A stretch of DNA of 64,000 nt from a virus. The notes beneath the pieces were generated by a model. That model had not been told where the DNA came from. It searched no databases and saw only the letters and a program-made list of their open reading frames with translations. Of the stretch, positions 10,259-20,984 are shown piece by piece. Position 1 is the first letter of the stretch, and every line of letters starts with the position of its first letter. A program made the position numbers and the translations under genes. The DNA lies in IMG/VR virus record IMGVR_UViG_3300027777_000028, positions 34,377-98,376 of that record. The stretch is one strand, 5' to 3'.

Positions 10259-11026
10259 ATGTCGAATATTATTTCAGAAGAAATTCAAAAGATTAGAAAA
10301 ATGATGCTCTTGGAAGAACTAGTCCAAGAAGACGGAGCCAAGAAATTAAAACAAACTTTAGATATTCTACAAAAAAAAGATAAAGTTTTACTTTTGAGTT
10401 GTTCAAACAGATTTAACTGGGACCCTAAAAACATAGACGTTCCAAAATCAAAGATACTTGCAATGTATTTGAATGAGGAACTTGGAAAAAAATCTGTATT
10501 TATGGATGTGTCAGAACTTAAAATATTTCCTTGTGAGGGTAATGTTTCAAGGGAAGAAGGGAATAGTTGTGGTGTATTAAAATCATTATTAAAAGATAAT
10601 AAAAAAAATCCTTCAGGTCATCATAGGTGTTGGGCAAGTTTAAATAATAAAACTGATGAATTATGGAAGATCAGTAAAGAATTATTTGAATCAGACGCTG
10701 TGGTATTCTTTAGTTCAGTAAGGTGGGGACAAGCCAATATGTTTTATCAAAATCTAATAGAAAGATTAAATTGGATTGAAAACATGCATACCACTTTAGG
10801 TGAAAAAAATATTGTTAAAGATATTGAAACAGGTTTTATTTGTGTTGGTCAAAATTGGAATGGTGAAAATGTCACAGAAACCCAAATGGAGGTTCATAAA
10901 TTCTATGGATTCAAACCCAATAAAAAACTATATTGGAATTGGCAATATACAACCGATGCGTATGACGAAAGTAAATCTTCTTACAAAAAATCCCACAAAA
11001 AATTCATTGATGATATGGGTTTATAA
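10259..11026 (+). CDS. Flavodoxin-fold NAD(P)H-dependent FMN reductase / iron-sulfur flavoprotein-like protein with N-terminal extension
   Basis: VLLLSCSNR...SKILA, LKIFPCEGNVS..CG..CW, ESDAVVFFSSVRWG...LIERL. Confidence 0.7.
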   Translation: MSNIISEEIQKIRKMMLLEELVQEDGAKKLKQTLDILQKKDKVLLLSCSNRFNWDPKNIDVPKSKILAMYLNEELGKKSVFMDVSELKIFPCEGNVSREEGNSCGVLKSLLKDNKKNPSGHHRCWASLNNKTDELWKISKELFESDAVVFFSSVRWGQANMFYQNLIERLNWIENMHTTLGEKNIVKDIETGFICVGQNWNGENVTETQMEVHKFYGFKPNKKLYWNWQYTTDAYDESKSSYKKSHKKFIDDMGL

Positions 11027-11160
11027 AATCGGTTATTATAAATATAAATCATCGTCATAGGACAAAAAAAATATCCGATGTGTTTTTTCAAGATAGGTCG
11101 GGATTTTTTATTTAATGTAATTTTTACTTAAAAAAAACCTAACCTATATTTATATGTGAT

Positions 11161-11619
11161 ATGGCAAATGGTATTACTTATGGAATTTCTTTCCCTTTTG
11201 TTGACTCTTTCACAGGACGATATTTGGACGTAACAAATTCAACTGAAGGTGAAATAAGGGCTAATTTGGTTCATTTATTACTAACAAGAAAAGGATCGAG
11301 ATATTTTTTACCTGATTTTGGAACAAGACTTTATGAGTTTATATTTGAACCATTAGACGGACCAACTTTTTCTGATATTGAAGCCGAGATAAGAAGTACG
11401 ATTGGAACTTATATGCCAAATTTGCAAGTAACCAATATAAGTGTTGAACCGGCATCTGCGGGTTTAGAAGATAAAGGTTATACCGTGAATAGAGATGGAG
11501 AAAGGGAGTTTAAAGTTACAAATATCGCAACTTTAGAACACACCGCAAAAATTAAAATAGATTATCGTATAACAGATTCGGCTTTTGAATCTCAAGATTT
11601 TATCATTATCAATATTTAA
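11161..11619 (+). CDS. Baseplate wedge subunit, gp25/GPW-like
   Basis: NLVHLLLTRKGSRYFLPDFGTRLYEFIFEP. Confidence 0.9.
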   Translation: MANGITYGISFPFVDSFTGRYLDVTNSTEGEIRANLVHLLLTRKGSRYFLPDFGTRLYEFIFEPLDGPTFSDIEAEIRSTIGTYMPNLQVTNISVEPASAGLEDKGYTVNRDGEREFKVTNIATLEHTAKIKIDYRITDSAFESQDFIIINI

Positions 11620-11625
11620 TATTAT

Positions 11626-13467
11626 ATGGCTGAGAAAAAAATTTCCTATACCGTAAGGGACTTTCAAGGAGTTAGAACTGAATTAATTAATTTTACAAGA
11701 ACTTATTATCCTGATTTGGTTCAAAACTTTAATGATGCAGGTATTTTTTCTGTGATGTTAGATTTGAATGCTGCGGTTACGGATAACTTGAATTATCAAA
11801 TTGATAGAAGTATTCAAGAAACCGTATTACAATTTGCACAACAAAAAAATTCGGTATATAATATTGCAAGAACTTATGGATTAAAAGTTCCTGGACAAAG
11901 ACCATCGGTTGCTTTAATTGATTTTTCAATTACGGTTCCGGCTTTTGGAGATAGAGAAGATTTGAGATATTGTGGTGTTTTACGAAGAGGATCACAAGTT
12001 AATGGTGGAGGACAACCATTTGAAACGGTATATGATATTGACTTCGCGTCACCAATCAATGCTGAAGGGTCACCAAATAGAGTTAAAATACCTAACTTTG
12101 ATTCAAGTGGAAAACTATTAAATTATACAATTGTCAAAAGAGAAGTTGTTGTTAACGGTATTACAAAAGTATATAAAAGGGTAATAACACCAAATGATTC
12201 GAAACCTTATTTAGAATTATTTTTACCTGAAAAAAATGTATTAGGAATTACTAGTGTTTTATTGAAACCTGGAACTCAATATTCAACAATACCAAATCCA
12301 CAAGACTTTTTAACTTTGGGACAAGAAAGATGGTATGAGGTTGACGCATTAGTTCAAGATAGAGTTTTTATTGAAGATCCAACGAAAACTTCAGATCAAC
12401 CAGGTATAAAAGTAGGAAGATATATTACGACATCAAACAAATTTATTTCTGAATATACACCACAAGGATTTTGTAAAATGACGTTTGGTGGGGGAAATAT
12501 TTCTGCTGATGAACAATTAAGACAATTTGCAATTGATGGAAAAGGATTTGATTTGAGTAGGTATACAAACAATTATGCTTTGGGAGCGGCTCTTTCACCA
12601 AATACTACATTATTTGTTCAATATAGAATTGGTGGTGGTTTATCAAGTAATTTGGGTATTAATACAATAAATCAAATTGGTACGGTTTCATTTGCAGTAA
12701 ATGGACCTTCACAAAGTGTTAATAATAGTGTTATTAATAGTTTACAATGTAATAACGTAACTGCAGCAATTGGAGGAGCAAATCCACCAACAACTGAAGA
12801 TGTTAGAAATTTGGTGTCTTTTAACTTTGCAGCTCAAAACAGAGCGGTAACCGTAAATGATTATAATTCACTTATTAGAACTATGCCATCTCAATTTGGG
12901 GCACCAGCAAAAGTTGCTATCACGGAAGAAAACAACAAAATAAGAATTAAAATGTTGTCTTATGACGCTAATGGAACTTTAACAAATGTTGTATCAAACA
13001 CCTTAAAACAAAATGTTGCAAATTATTTATCAAACTACAGAATGATAAATGATTATATATCTATTGAGGCCGCTGATACAATAGACTTGGCTGTCACAGT
13101 TGACGTAGTTTTAGATAATAGTCAAAATCAGGGAGCAATCATTTCAAAAACAATTCAAATTATTACGGACTTCTTTAATCCGTTAGTTAGAAATCTTGGT
13201 CAAAATGTTAATATCTCTGAATTGAGAAGATTAATTCAATCAGAAAATGGAATTGTAAGTATTACAGATGTTTTATTCTTTAATCAAGTTGGAGGTCAAT
13301 ATTCGTCAAGTCAAACTTCTATGCCGTATGCAGATCCTGTTACAAGACAAATTCAACCAACGGCAGATACTTTATTCGCAACACCAACACAAACTTATCA
13401 GATTAGATATCCAAACAAGGATATTAATGTTAGAGTTTTGAACCTGAAATCAGTAAACTTCTCTTAG
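11626..13467 (+). CDS. Baseplate wedge subunit, T4 gp6 / baseplate J-like
   Basis: YTVRDFQ, YRIGGG..SN, AAIGGA, AAQNRAVTVNDY; follows the gp25-like gene. Confidence 0.85.
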   Translation: MAEKKISYTVRDFQGVRTELINFTRTYYPDLVQNFNDAGIFSVMLDLNAAVTDNLNYQIDRSIQETVLQFAQQKNSVYNIARTYGLKVPGQRPSVALIDFSITVPAFGDREDLRYCGVLRRGSQVNGGGQPFETVYDIDFASPINAEGSPNRVKIPNFDSSGKLLNYTIVKREVVVNGITKVYKRVITPNDSKPYLELFLPEKNVLGITSVLLKPGTQYSTIPNPQDFLTLGQERWYEVDALVQDRVFIEDPTKTSDQPGIKVGRYITTSNKFISEYTPQGFCKMTFGGGNISADEQLRQFAIDGKGFDLSRYTNNYALGAALSPNTTLFVQYRIGGGLSSNLGINTINQIGTVSFAVNGPSQSVNNSVINSLQCNNVTAAIGGANPPTTEDVRNLVSFNFAAQNRAVTVNDYNSLIRTMPSQFGAPAKVAITEENNKIRIKMLSYDANGTLTNVVSNTLKQNVANYLSNYRMINDYISIEAADTIDLAVTVDVVLDNSQNQGAIISKTIQIITDFFNPLVRNLGQNVNISELRRLIQSENGIVSITDVLFFNQVGGQYSSSQTSMPYADPVTRQIQPTADTLFATPTQTYQIRYPNKDINVRVLNLKSVNFS

Positions 13468-13542
13468 TAATTTATTTTTTTCAACTTATAACTATTTTTA
13501 TCAAAATAGCAAATAAACTATTTATGAAAAAACGTTTTTTTA

Positions 13543-16500
13543 ATGGGTAAGTCGTATAGAATAAGAACTGAAGTTGGTGTAGACAAATACATAAATGTAA
13601 ATTTAGAACAAGATTGGGAATCTTTAGAGATATTGTCTTTAAAGATTTTGGCAAACGATGTGTATACTCGTTTTTGTTCTGACTATGGTGTTGTCACGGG
13701 TAGAGTTTTTGTAAACGGAGGATTTGGATTACCAAACGCTAAAGTCTCTGTTTTTATTCCGTTGGATGCTGCTGACGAATTAAACCCCGTAATCTCAGAA
13801 TTATATCCATATAAAACAATAACTGAAACCAACGCGGATGGTTATAGATATAATCTATTACCTAAATTACCTTCATATAACGGACACGTCTCGACAGGAT
13901 CATTTCCGAATAAGGGAGATGTTTTAATGGACGGATCGTATATTGAGGTATACGACAAATATTATAGGTTCACCGTAACAACAAATGAAAGTGGTGATTT
14001 TATGTTTTTTGGTGTTCCAGTTGGAACTCAAACAATCGTAATGGATGTTGATTTATCTGACATTGGTTGTTTTTCATTATCACCACAAGATCTAATACAA
14101 CAAGGATTAGCAACCGAAACTCAAGTTAATGGGGCCAAATTTAAATCATCAACAAACCTAAGAGAGTTACCACAAATTAAAAATTTAGTTTTTGACGTTG
14201 ATGTTCGACCATTTTGGGGTGATGCAGAACTTTGTCAAGTTGGAATAACACGAGTTGATTTTGATTTAACAAAACAAGCAAATATCAACATACAACCTAC
14301 GGCGATTTTTATGGGGTCGATTATCTCGACAACTGATGACGACGCTTTAAAGGTAAGTTGTAAACCAAAAAATAACACGGGTAATTTATGTGAATTAGTT
14401 GCAGGACCTGGTGAAATTCAAGCAATTAGACAAACCATATTTTCGGATGATAATGGACTTCCGATCTTAGAAAGATACCAAATAGAACAAGAAGGAAAGG
14501 TTATTGATGCTGACGGAACTTATTTATTAAATGTACCAATGAACCTTGATTATGTTTTTACCAATGAGTTCGGACAACAAGTAATATCTAATGATCCAAA
14601 AAAAGGAATACCAACAAAAGGGAAATATAGATTTAGGTTTAAGTGGCAAAACGAACAAGGACTTCAAGGAAGTTTTCAAAGAGCAAATTTTTTAGTTCCA
14701 AATATTAAAGAATATGGTTGGAATAACACATATAATTCATCAAACGACCCATTCACCAATTTATCACCAGGAACTTATACATATCCATCAATACCTGCTG
14801 GATCAATTACGGGTTTAACAGCAACAAATAATTTTGGTGTTAATTTAGGTCTGTCACAACCTACAACAAATAATGTTAGTTCATATTCAATTTATCTTAA
14901 TGGTCAATTGTATATTGGAAGTTTAAATTCAATACCTTTTAATATTGGTGATACGATACAAATTGTTGCAACTCCTGTTGATTCATCTCAACCTCAATCA
15001 ATCGTATTTACATCATATCAAGAGGAGTTATTTAATTTGTTAAGATCATACGCTTTTAGTACAGATTGGGATGATTATGCTAATGTACAAGAAGCTCTTA
15101 ACTGTGAAGACACATTTTATGAATTTCATTATAATAAGGTATATACCACCGCCATGTTTTTGGACCGATATAAAAAAGGTATTGGTAGAGCAAAACATTT
15201 AGGTATTAAAGAAATTGATAATAGATCTTGTAAATCAACCGTCAACACATTTCCAGTAAACGACATTATTAGAAATTTTGACGCAATATTTTTTGTTTTT
15301 AATATTCTTATAAACATTCTAACATTTCCAATTTTAACTCTTTTATTTGTTGCTCATTTTATTTCATTTTTATGGCCAATATTAAAGTATGTTCTTATTA
15401 TATTGGGTATTGTGTTGACAATACAGGCGGCCACTGATCTCCAAAATGTTTTTGAAAACACTTCTGAAGTTATAGAGGCAACACTAAGTGCGATAAGTGT
15501 TAATTTAGGAGGTCCTGTTGTAGATACTGGTGCGTTAATAAAGTCCGTTAGGTTACTTATAAAACAATTTATACTAATTGCAAAGGCAGCTTTTTCAGTA
15601 GTATTAGCAGCTTCGTTTACTGCATTTGCAATATTTGCCGCAGCAAAAATAAAAGGATTTCCAAGAATTGGATTACCAATGATTTCATATCCTGATTGTA
15701 CAAGTTGTGATTGTGACTGTAAAAATGCAGACATGAGTGATGATTTTGACTCAAATTCTGTTTACAATGAAATTAATACCGCAGCACAATCATCAGGTGG
15801 GGGAACAAACAATACTGTGTTGTCAACACCAAAAACATTGATTGCTCCTGTGAATTCTTCCGCGGCATATGCATTAGATCATCCAAATTTAAAAAATGAT
15901 CCAAATAATAATGACCCTTTTCCTCCTTGTAAATCATTAACAACTTTGATTGGTAACGGTGATATTACTATTGACGTTGTTGTTAAGGCTTCTTTAGATT
16001 ATATAAGAATTGCTTCTGGATCTGACGTTATTAGTTCAACAGACCCAAATAGGTATTTACCAAATGAAGCTTATTTATTAAAAGCACCACAACCATTTTT
16101 ATTTACCGCAGATAAAAATCCAGGGGCGGACGATAGATCTTTTGCATATCCTACTTCTGTGACATTTTCACAAAAATTAAATGAATTTAACACTAGAGAC
16201 AAATACTTCAAAAGTAGTACAACTTCAGCATTTGGTAGTGGTGTAAATAGGATTAAAACAGTTGTGAATCCAACATCAGGATCAACACCATATGAAGATC
16301 AGGTTATAGTTGTATTAATGAATCCTGGATCTACAGAATCATTAGGTGTTGGAAACGTAGTTACATTCCAAGATCCAAATTATATGGATTCAGGATCTAC
16401 TCTAAGAATGGTAAATTTGACGGGAGCAACAACAAACCAATTTCAAAATAACTCAATAACAGGAACGACATTAACAGGTCAAACATCTATATCAATAAAT

Positions 16501-19185
16501 TATGCAAACCCTAATAATCCTTTAGGATCATTGCCCGCCACGATCGTCATTAACTCACCACAAGTTAGTCAAAAGCCTGTAATTGGTAACCCCCAAGTTG
16601 AGCAGTCATACCTTCAATATCCCACAGATCTTGAGTACTTCCAATTAATAACAGGTGTGACTTATAGTGATTTTATTAATCAGTCAAATTATACAACTGC
16701 TTCAGGGTTTTTCCCCCAAGATTATTTACTACACGACATTAGTTATGTTGCCCCATGTGGTGCTAGTAAGACTCTTAATAATATAATTGGAGTAATGGAA
16801 AATTACCAAACCTATGAAATTTGTATTTTCGTAAGAGGTGTAGATCCGTTTACCGCAAAACAAACTATATCTTATGACTTATCTAAAATATTTGGTAAAT
16901 CTTATGGGAATATTTCAATACAAGGTGATTATTATTTAAATGTTCCAATACAACCATTACCCACATCATTAAAACCTACGACACATAACACAGTAAATAA
17001 TGGAAATCAAACATTATATTTCCCTTCATTTACTTTTACGCCTGATCCGACACAATATACCGCATTTACTTCTAACTTACCATATTATTATTTAAGTACT
17101 GATGATGTTTTATCTACGAACTATTCGCCATATCCAGGTCAATGGCAAACAAATCAACAAAGTACCACATCACTCCAACAAACAATTGCTAATGGACGCA
17201 ATATTCCAACATTAATACAACCTACATCCTTTTATACTGTCGGTGGGACATATTTAAGATGGGTAAATGATTTTCAGTCGACAAGTTTCTACATGCAAAC
17301 AGGAAACAATAATAGTAACCCACCTTGTAATCAAGATTGTCAAAAGGGTGAATATTTTAATACTGGTTCAACATTTTATACTTTTGTTAATAGTATGGGT
17401 AATTTATCAGCACTGTATTCTCCTGCATATTATAGATACGGATTGTCTCCAATATCATTTCCAACTGTAAATAGTAATCGTATTGTGATGAGATCTGATA
17501 GATTACCAACTTCATCAAACGTACAAAACGGACCATCAGGAACACAAACAGGATATGCTTTACATCAAAATGATAATTTTTCATTTTACACCCAAAATGG
17601 AAGTCAAAGTCAACCAACAATCAGTGCTGGTGGAGACTTGGTATCTGGTGAATCTCAAGATGACGATCCGGTTACATCAGGATTAACAGAAACACTAACT
17701 TGTGAAGGAATGGTTCCTTTGGCTTGTTATACAGGATCAGGAAGTAATGTTGGGGTAGTTCCTTCGGGACAATGTTCAGTACCCGAAAATAGAATGGTTA
17801 ACGGATGTTATTGTTTATTAAATTATATAGAAACAGATATTCCGGTCTTCAAAAAATTATATTTAATTCCAGAATACTTTAGAGATGCTAGATTGTTTTT
17901 AGAATGGAAAACAAGATTTACGATGAATTTTGCAGCTTGTAGAGGAGTTTTTGCTCAAGTTTTTCAAAACAATTGGGTAAACGGAGTTTTGTATATGTTT
18001 AATTTTAATAAAAGAACAACATTCAATATTTTAACACAACCAAATTATAATTATTGTGAAAATGTTATAGTTTTTAACGAACTTACAAATAATTTCTATT
18101 ATAGGTCTTCCCCTTGGAATGATACAATACAAGAATTTATTGGAAAAAATTCCCCTAGTTATAACTCACAAAGTTTTTTATCAAATTTTCCTGGATTTGG
18201 TTATAATGAAAAACAAATACAATTTCCAACAACCGTTGTTGACTTGGGGCCAAGAGATTATTTCATAAATGAAGTTTGTTGTTCTTCAGGTATTGATGGT
18301 TTTGGTTCTTATTATGCAAACCAATTAAAAGCAACGTCATACCAAGACAACTCTGACATTATACAACTTGGATTTCTTTCTAGAATACTTAATGATGGTG
18401 TTAGACAAAGAATGTTACCCATTCCAAGTGGGGATAATTCTACTGAAGGAAAAGGCATAATTCAATTTTTCAATAGCACACGAGGTGGATATAGAATTGA
18501 TGGTGATTGGGCTCAAATGTTATCAATAAATTCAGAATGGAAAGTTTTGCCGTTTATTACTGAAAACTTACCTCAGCCAAATCCAAATCAATATATTTTC
18601 TTTGGTGATAATGGGGCACCAAATGCTGACCTAATTAAACCTGTTATGGGATTATTTTTCCAAACTCCAACACCAAACTTAAGATATAGAAAAATAGAAT
18701 CACCTGGAATTGAAACCTATAATTTTACACCTTTAATTGAGGAAAAATTTGGGTATTCAAAATCACAAGTTGTTCCAAACTACAAGTGGTCTTTAAAAAA
18801 GAGTAGTCCATCATCAAACATATTTGGAACTGAAGATAATAACTGGTATACAAATACAATAGGTCCGGGAGGAGCAGGAGGCGTTGGAGGATTCTATAAG
18901 AAAAAATACCAAGATTTAGATTTTACAACGTTAAATGAAAAATATATTACAACAACCACTAAATTAGGTTATATTGCTAATTATGATATTAATGGAAATC
19001 CTGATCCACAACCACTTCCAAATACAATCATACAAGGACAACCTATTGGAGTTGCCAATCAACCAATAGGATTGAATCAAGCAATTATAGTAGGTGCTCC
19101 ATACCACTTCTATTTTGGGTTAAATAACGGAAAAACAGCCGTTGATAGATTTTATAAACTTTATGTTTCAACAGTAGAAGAATAA
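13543..19185 (+). CDS. Very large (1880 aa) baseplate/tail structural protein
   Basis: N-terminal carboxypeptidase-regulatory/CnaB-like segment (GRVF...PNAKVSVF...TTNESGDFMFFGVPVG), an internal hydrophobic block and many Cys clusters; lies in the baseplate operon. Confidence 0.7.
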   Translation: MGKSYRIRTEVGVDKYINVNLEQDWESLEILSLKILANDVYTRFCSDYGVVTGRVFVNGGFGLPNAKVSVFIPLDAADELNPVISELYPYKTITETNADGYRYNLLPKLPSYNGHVSTGSFPNKGDVLMDGSYIEVYDKYYRFTVTTNESGDFMFFGVPVGTQTIVMDVDLSDIGCFSLSPQDLIQQGLATETQVNGAKFKSSTNLRELPQIKNLVFDVDVRPFWGDAELCQVGITRVDFDLTKQANINIQPTAIFMGSIISTTDDDALKVSCKPKNNTGNLCELVAGPGEIQAIRQTIFSDDNGLPILERYQIEQEGKVIDADGTYLLNVPMNLDYVFTNEFGQQVISNDPKKGIPTKGKYRFRFKWQNEQGLQGSFQRANFLVPNIKEYGWNNTYNSSNDPFTNLSPGTYTYPSIPAGSITGLTATNNFGVNLGLSQPTTNNVSSYSIYLNGQLYIGSLNSIPFNIGDTIQIVATPVDSSQPQSIVFTSYQEELFNLLRSYAFSTDWDDYANVQEALNCEDTFYEFHYNKVYTTAMFLDRYKKGIGRAKHLGIKEIDNRSCKSTVNTFPVNDIIRNFDAIFFVFNILINILTFPILTLLFVAHFISFLWPILKYVLIILGIVLTIQAATDLQNVFENTSEVIEATLSAISVNLGGPVVDTGALIKSVRLLIKQFILIAKAAFSVVLAASFTAFAIFAAAKIKGFPRIGLPMISYPDCTSCDCDCKNADMSDDFDSNSVYNEINTAAQSSGGGTNNTVLSTPKTLIAPVNSSAAYALDHPNLKNDPNNNDPFPPCKSLTTLIGNGDITIDVVVKASLDYIRIASGSDVISSTDPNRYLPNEAYLLKAPQPFLFTADKNPGADDRSFAYPTSVTFSQKLNEFNTRDKYFKSSTTSAFGSGVNRIKTVVNPTSGSTPYEDQVIVVLMNPGSTESLGVGNVVTFQDPNYMDSGSTLRMVNLTGATTNQFQNNSITGTTLTGQTSISINYANPNNPLGSLPATIVINSPQVSQKPVIGNPQVEQSYLQYPTDLEYFQLITGVTYSDFINQSNYTTASGFFPQDYLLHDISYVAPCGASKTLNNIIGVMENYQTYEICIFVRGVDPFTAKQTISYDLSKIFGKSYGNISIQGDYYLNVPIQPLPTSLKPTTHNTVNNGNQTLYFPSFTFTPDPTQYTAFTSNLPYYYLSTDDVLSTNYSPYPGQWQTNQQSTTSLQQTIANGRNIPTLIQPTSFYTVGGTYLRWVNDFQSTSFYMQTGNNNSNPPCNQDCQKGEYFNTGSTFYTFVNSMGNLSALYSPAYYRYGLSPISFPTVNSNRIVMRSDRLPTSSNVQNGPSGTQTGYALHQNDNFSFYTQNGSQSQPTISAGGDLVSGESQDDDPVTSGLTETLTCEGMVPLACYTGSGSNVGVVPSGQCSVPENRMVNGCYCLLNYIETDIPVFKKLYLIPEYFRDARLFLEWKTRFTMNFAACRGVFAQVFQNNWVNGVLYMFNFNKRTTFNILTQPNYNYCENVIVFNELTNNFYYRSSPWNDTIQEFIGKNSPSYNSQSFLSNFPGFGYNEKQIQFPTTVVDLGPRDYFINEVCCSSGIDGFGSYYANQLKATSYQDNSDIIQLGFLSRILNDGVRQRMLPIPSGDNSTEGKGIIQFFNSTRGGYRIDGDWAQMLSINSEWKVLPFITENLPQPNPNQYIFFGDNGAPNADLIKPVMGLFFQTPTPNLRYRKIESPGIETYNFTPLIEEKFGYSKSQVVPNYKWSLKKSSPSSNIFGTEDNNWYTNTIGPGGAGGVGGFYKKKYQDLDFTTLNEKYITTTTKLGYIANYDINGNPDPQPLPNTIIQGQPIGVANQPIGLNQAIIVGAPYHFYFGLNNGKTAVDRFYKLYVSTVEE

Positions 19186-20984
19186 TGGTAGATCCGACAA
19201 CAAATATAATTTTATCGACCCAAAGATATAAGGGAGCACCAAAAACAGATCAGTTTATCAATGTTCCTTTCGCACAAACAAATAAAGAACTTATTGAATT
19301 TGATAGAAGCGTTGATTTAAATCTTGCAACCGTTTTTGATGAAGAAAGACAACAATCTACAATATTTAGACCTGTAACCAAGTATTCTGTCATATTTGAA
19401 AATGCTTATACAGGATCAACAACTTATGTTCCATTTAGAGATAATCTTTATTATACAAATGCTTTGTCAAACGCAATATCGTATTATCCTTCTGGAAATA
19501 ATCCATCAGTTCCACCACTTCCAACAAATCAAAATGTTGCTTGGGATGGATTTCCTCAATACCCCGAATTTGATTTTATAAGAACTGATAATGATGTTCT
19601 TGGATATACAATTGGAAACGGAAGACATTTGGATTTTAAATCAGTAAGTGCAACAACATACAATTGGTCTCATTATTTAAGTTATGTTTATCAAAATGAT
19701 TATAACAAAAATCTTTATGCGATTGAACCAAATACAAACATTTCTTGGAATTGGGTGGCTTCAGACGGACTTCCTTATTATGTAATTGTTGGTAGTGATC
19801 AAACAACAAGAGTTATTAGTTTTAAGTGTCCTGTTATGCATGGTTTATCTGTTGGAGAATCCGTTCAATTATCTACTAATTATAATGGAAATGAATTTTT
19901 TCAGGTAACCAGTTTGGGTGATCCTGCATCGGGATCGGATGAATACATTTTTAATATTAGAAACGTTGGTTATACAGGAAATACTTTTTTAACTTTTACA
20001 CAAGGGACATTCAAAAGGGTTATAAATGTTTCAAATTCTGCTGATACAATTAGCAAATATTATGTTAGAAAACATAAAATATTGACAAACCCCGAATGTG
20101 CGGTTTTGGTAAATGCGGGATTTGAACAAAATGTTTATAACAATAAAACCAAGTGTGAAGTAAAGGCATTAACACCAAATCAAAAACAACGAACATCTGT
20201 TAAAGAAGGTGCAAGATCATATACATTATCTTTTAATTGTGATGTGGATATTCTTGATTTATTGGATAACGAAAACAGACCTGTTAGTGAATTATTTTTT
20301 ACAACAGTTTGGAGAGGTTATTTTGGTTGGACACAAAAATTAAAACAAGGTTGGTATTTTAATACTTATTTGGATCAAACAAACCCACAAATTTGGTGGG
20401 ATCAAAATAATCCTGATTCTAATACAAGTATAATCCAAAATCAATATAATTCATTAGTGAATCAAGGTCCGTTTTTTTATAATGAACTATTAAACACAGG
20501 AGATACAATAGACGGAGATTATTGTGAATGGAATAATTTTGAACAACTTGAAAGAGTAATTTCATTATATCAACATAAAATAACATATAACGAAAATTGG
20601 TTTAGTTTGTCAGCAACCACGTTGACACCAAATAACCAATATGGTTATTTTTATCAACCACATAGCCCAATTCAGATCAGGGCTTTTTCTGACTATATTG
20701 AGGAAGGTAGTTCTTTGAATGTTGTTGGAATACCTGATTATGCTTATTACTCAACGATGAACGCACTATTTAGATGGAGAGATTTATATCCTTATGGGTT
20801 TATTGATACAGATGGTGTTGGGGTTGATTTTCCGTTTTTAAATAATTCTCATTATCCGTTTACAAACACAATATTTAGAGTTACACCCGAAAATTACAAT
20901 ATACCGAGTGATTATGCTCAAACTGGAGCAGTTCCTGTGAACATAACAACAATTGCAGACCCAACGGCCGATGAATGCGAATAG
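19185..20984 (+). CDS. Putative baseplate/tail structural protein (599 aa)
   Basis: Coupled to the previous gene; aromatic/beta-rich with an HGLSVGESV motif. Confidence 0.65.
   Translation: MVDPTTNIILSTQRYKGAPKTDQFINVPFAQTNKELIEFDRSVDLNLATVFDEERQQSTIFRPVTKYSVIFENAYTGSTTYVPFRDNLYYTNALSNAISYYPSGNNPSVPPLPTNQNVAWDGFPQYPEFDFIRTDNDVLGYTIGNGRHLDFKSVSATTYNWSHYLSYVYQNDYNKNLYAIEPNTNISWNWVASDGLPYYVIVGSDQTTRVISFKCPVMHGLSVGESVQLSTNYNGNEFFQVTSLGDPASGSDEYIFNIRNVGYTGNTFLTFTQGTFKRVINVSNSADTISKYYVRKHKILTNPECAVLVNAGFEQNVYNNKTKCEVKALTPNQKQRTSVKEGARSYTLSFNCDVDILDLLDNENRPVSELFFTTVWRGYFGWTQKLKQGWYFNTYLDQTNPQIWWDQNNPDSNTSIIQNQYNSLVNQGPFFYNELLNTGDTIDGDYCEWNNFEQLERVISLYQHKITYNENWFSLSATTLTPNNQYGYFYQPHSPIQIRAFSDYIEEGSSLNVVGIPDYAYYSTMNALFRWRDLYPYGFIDTDGVGVDFPFLNNSHYPFTNTIFRVTPENYNIPSDYAQTGAVPVNITTIADPTADECE

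Noticed and set aside
11027-11146. Intergenic gap with a weak ATCCGA...TCGGGAT stem as a possible ncRNA or terminator
   Set aside because: The stem is imperfect with a long loop and there is no clear promoter, so the evidence is insufficient.
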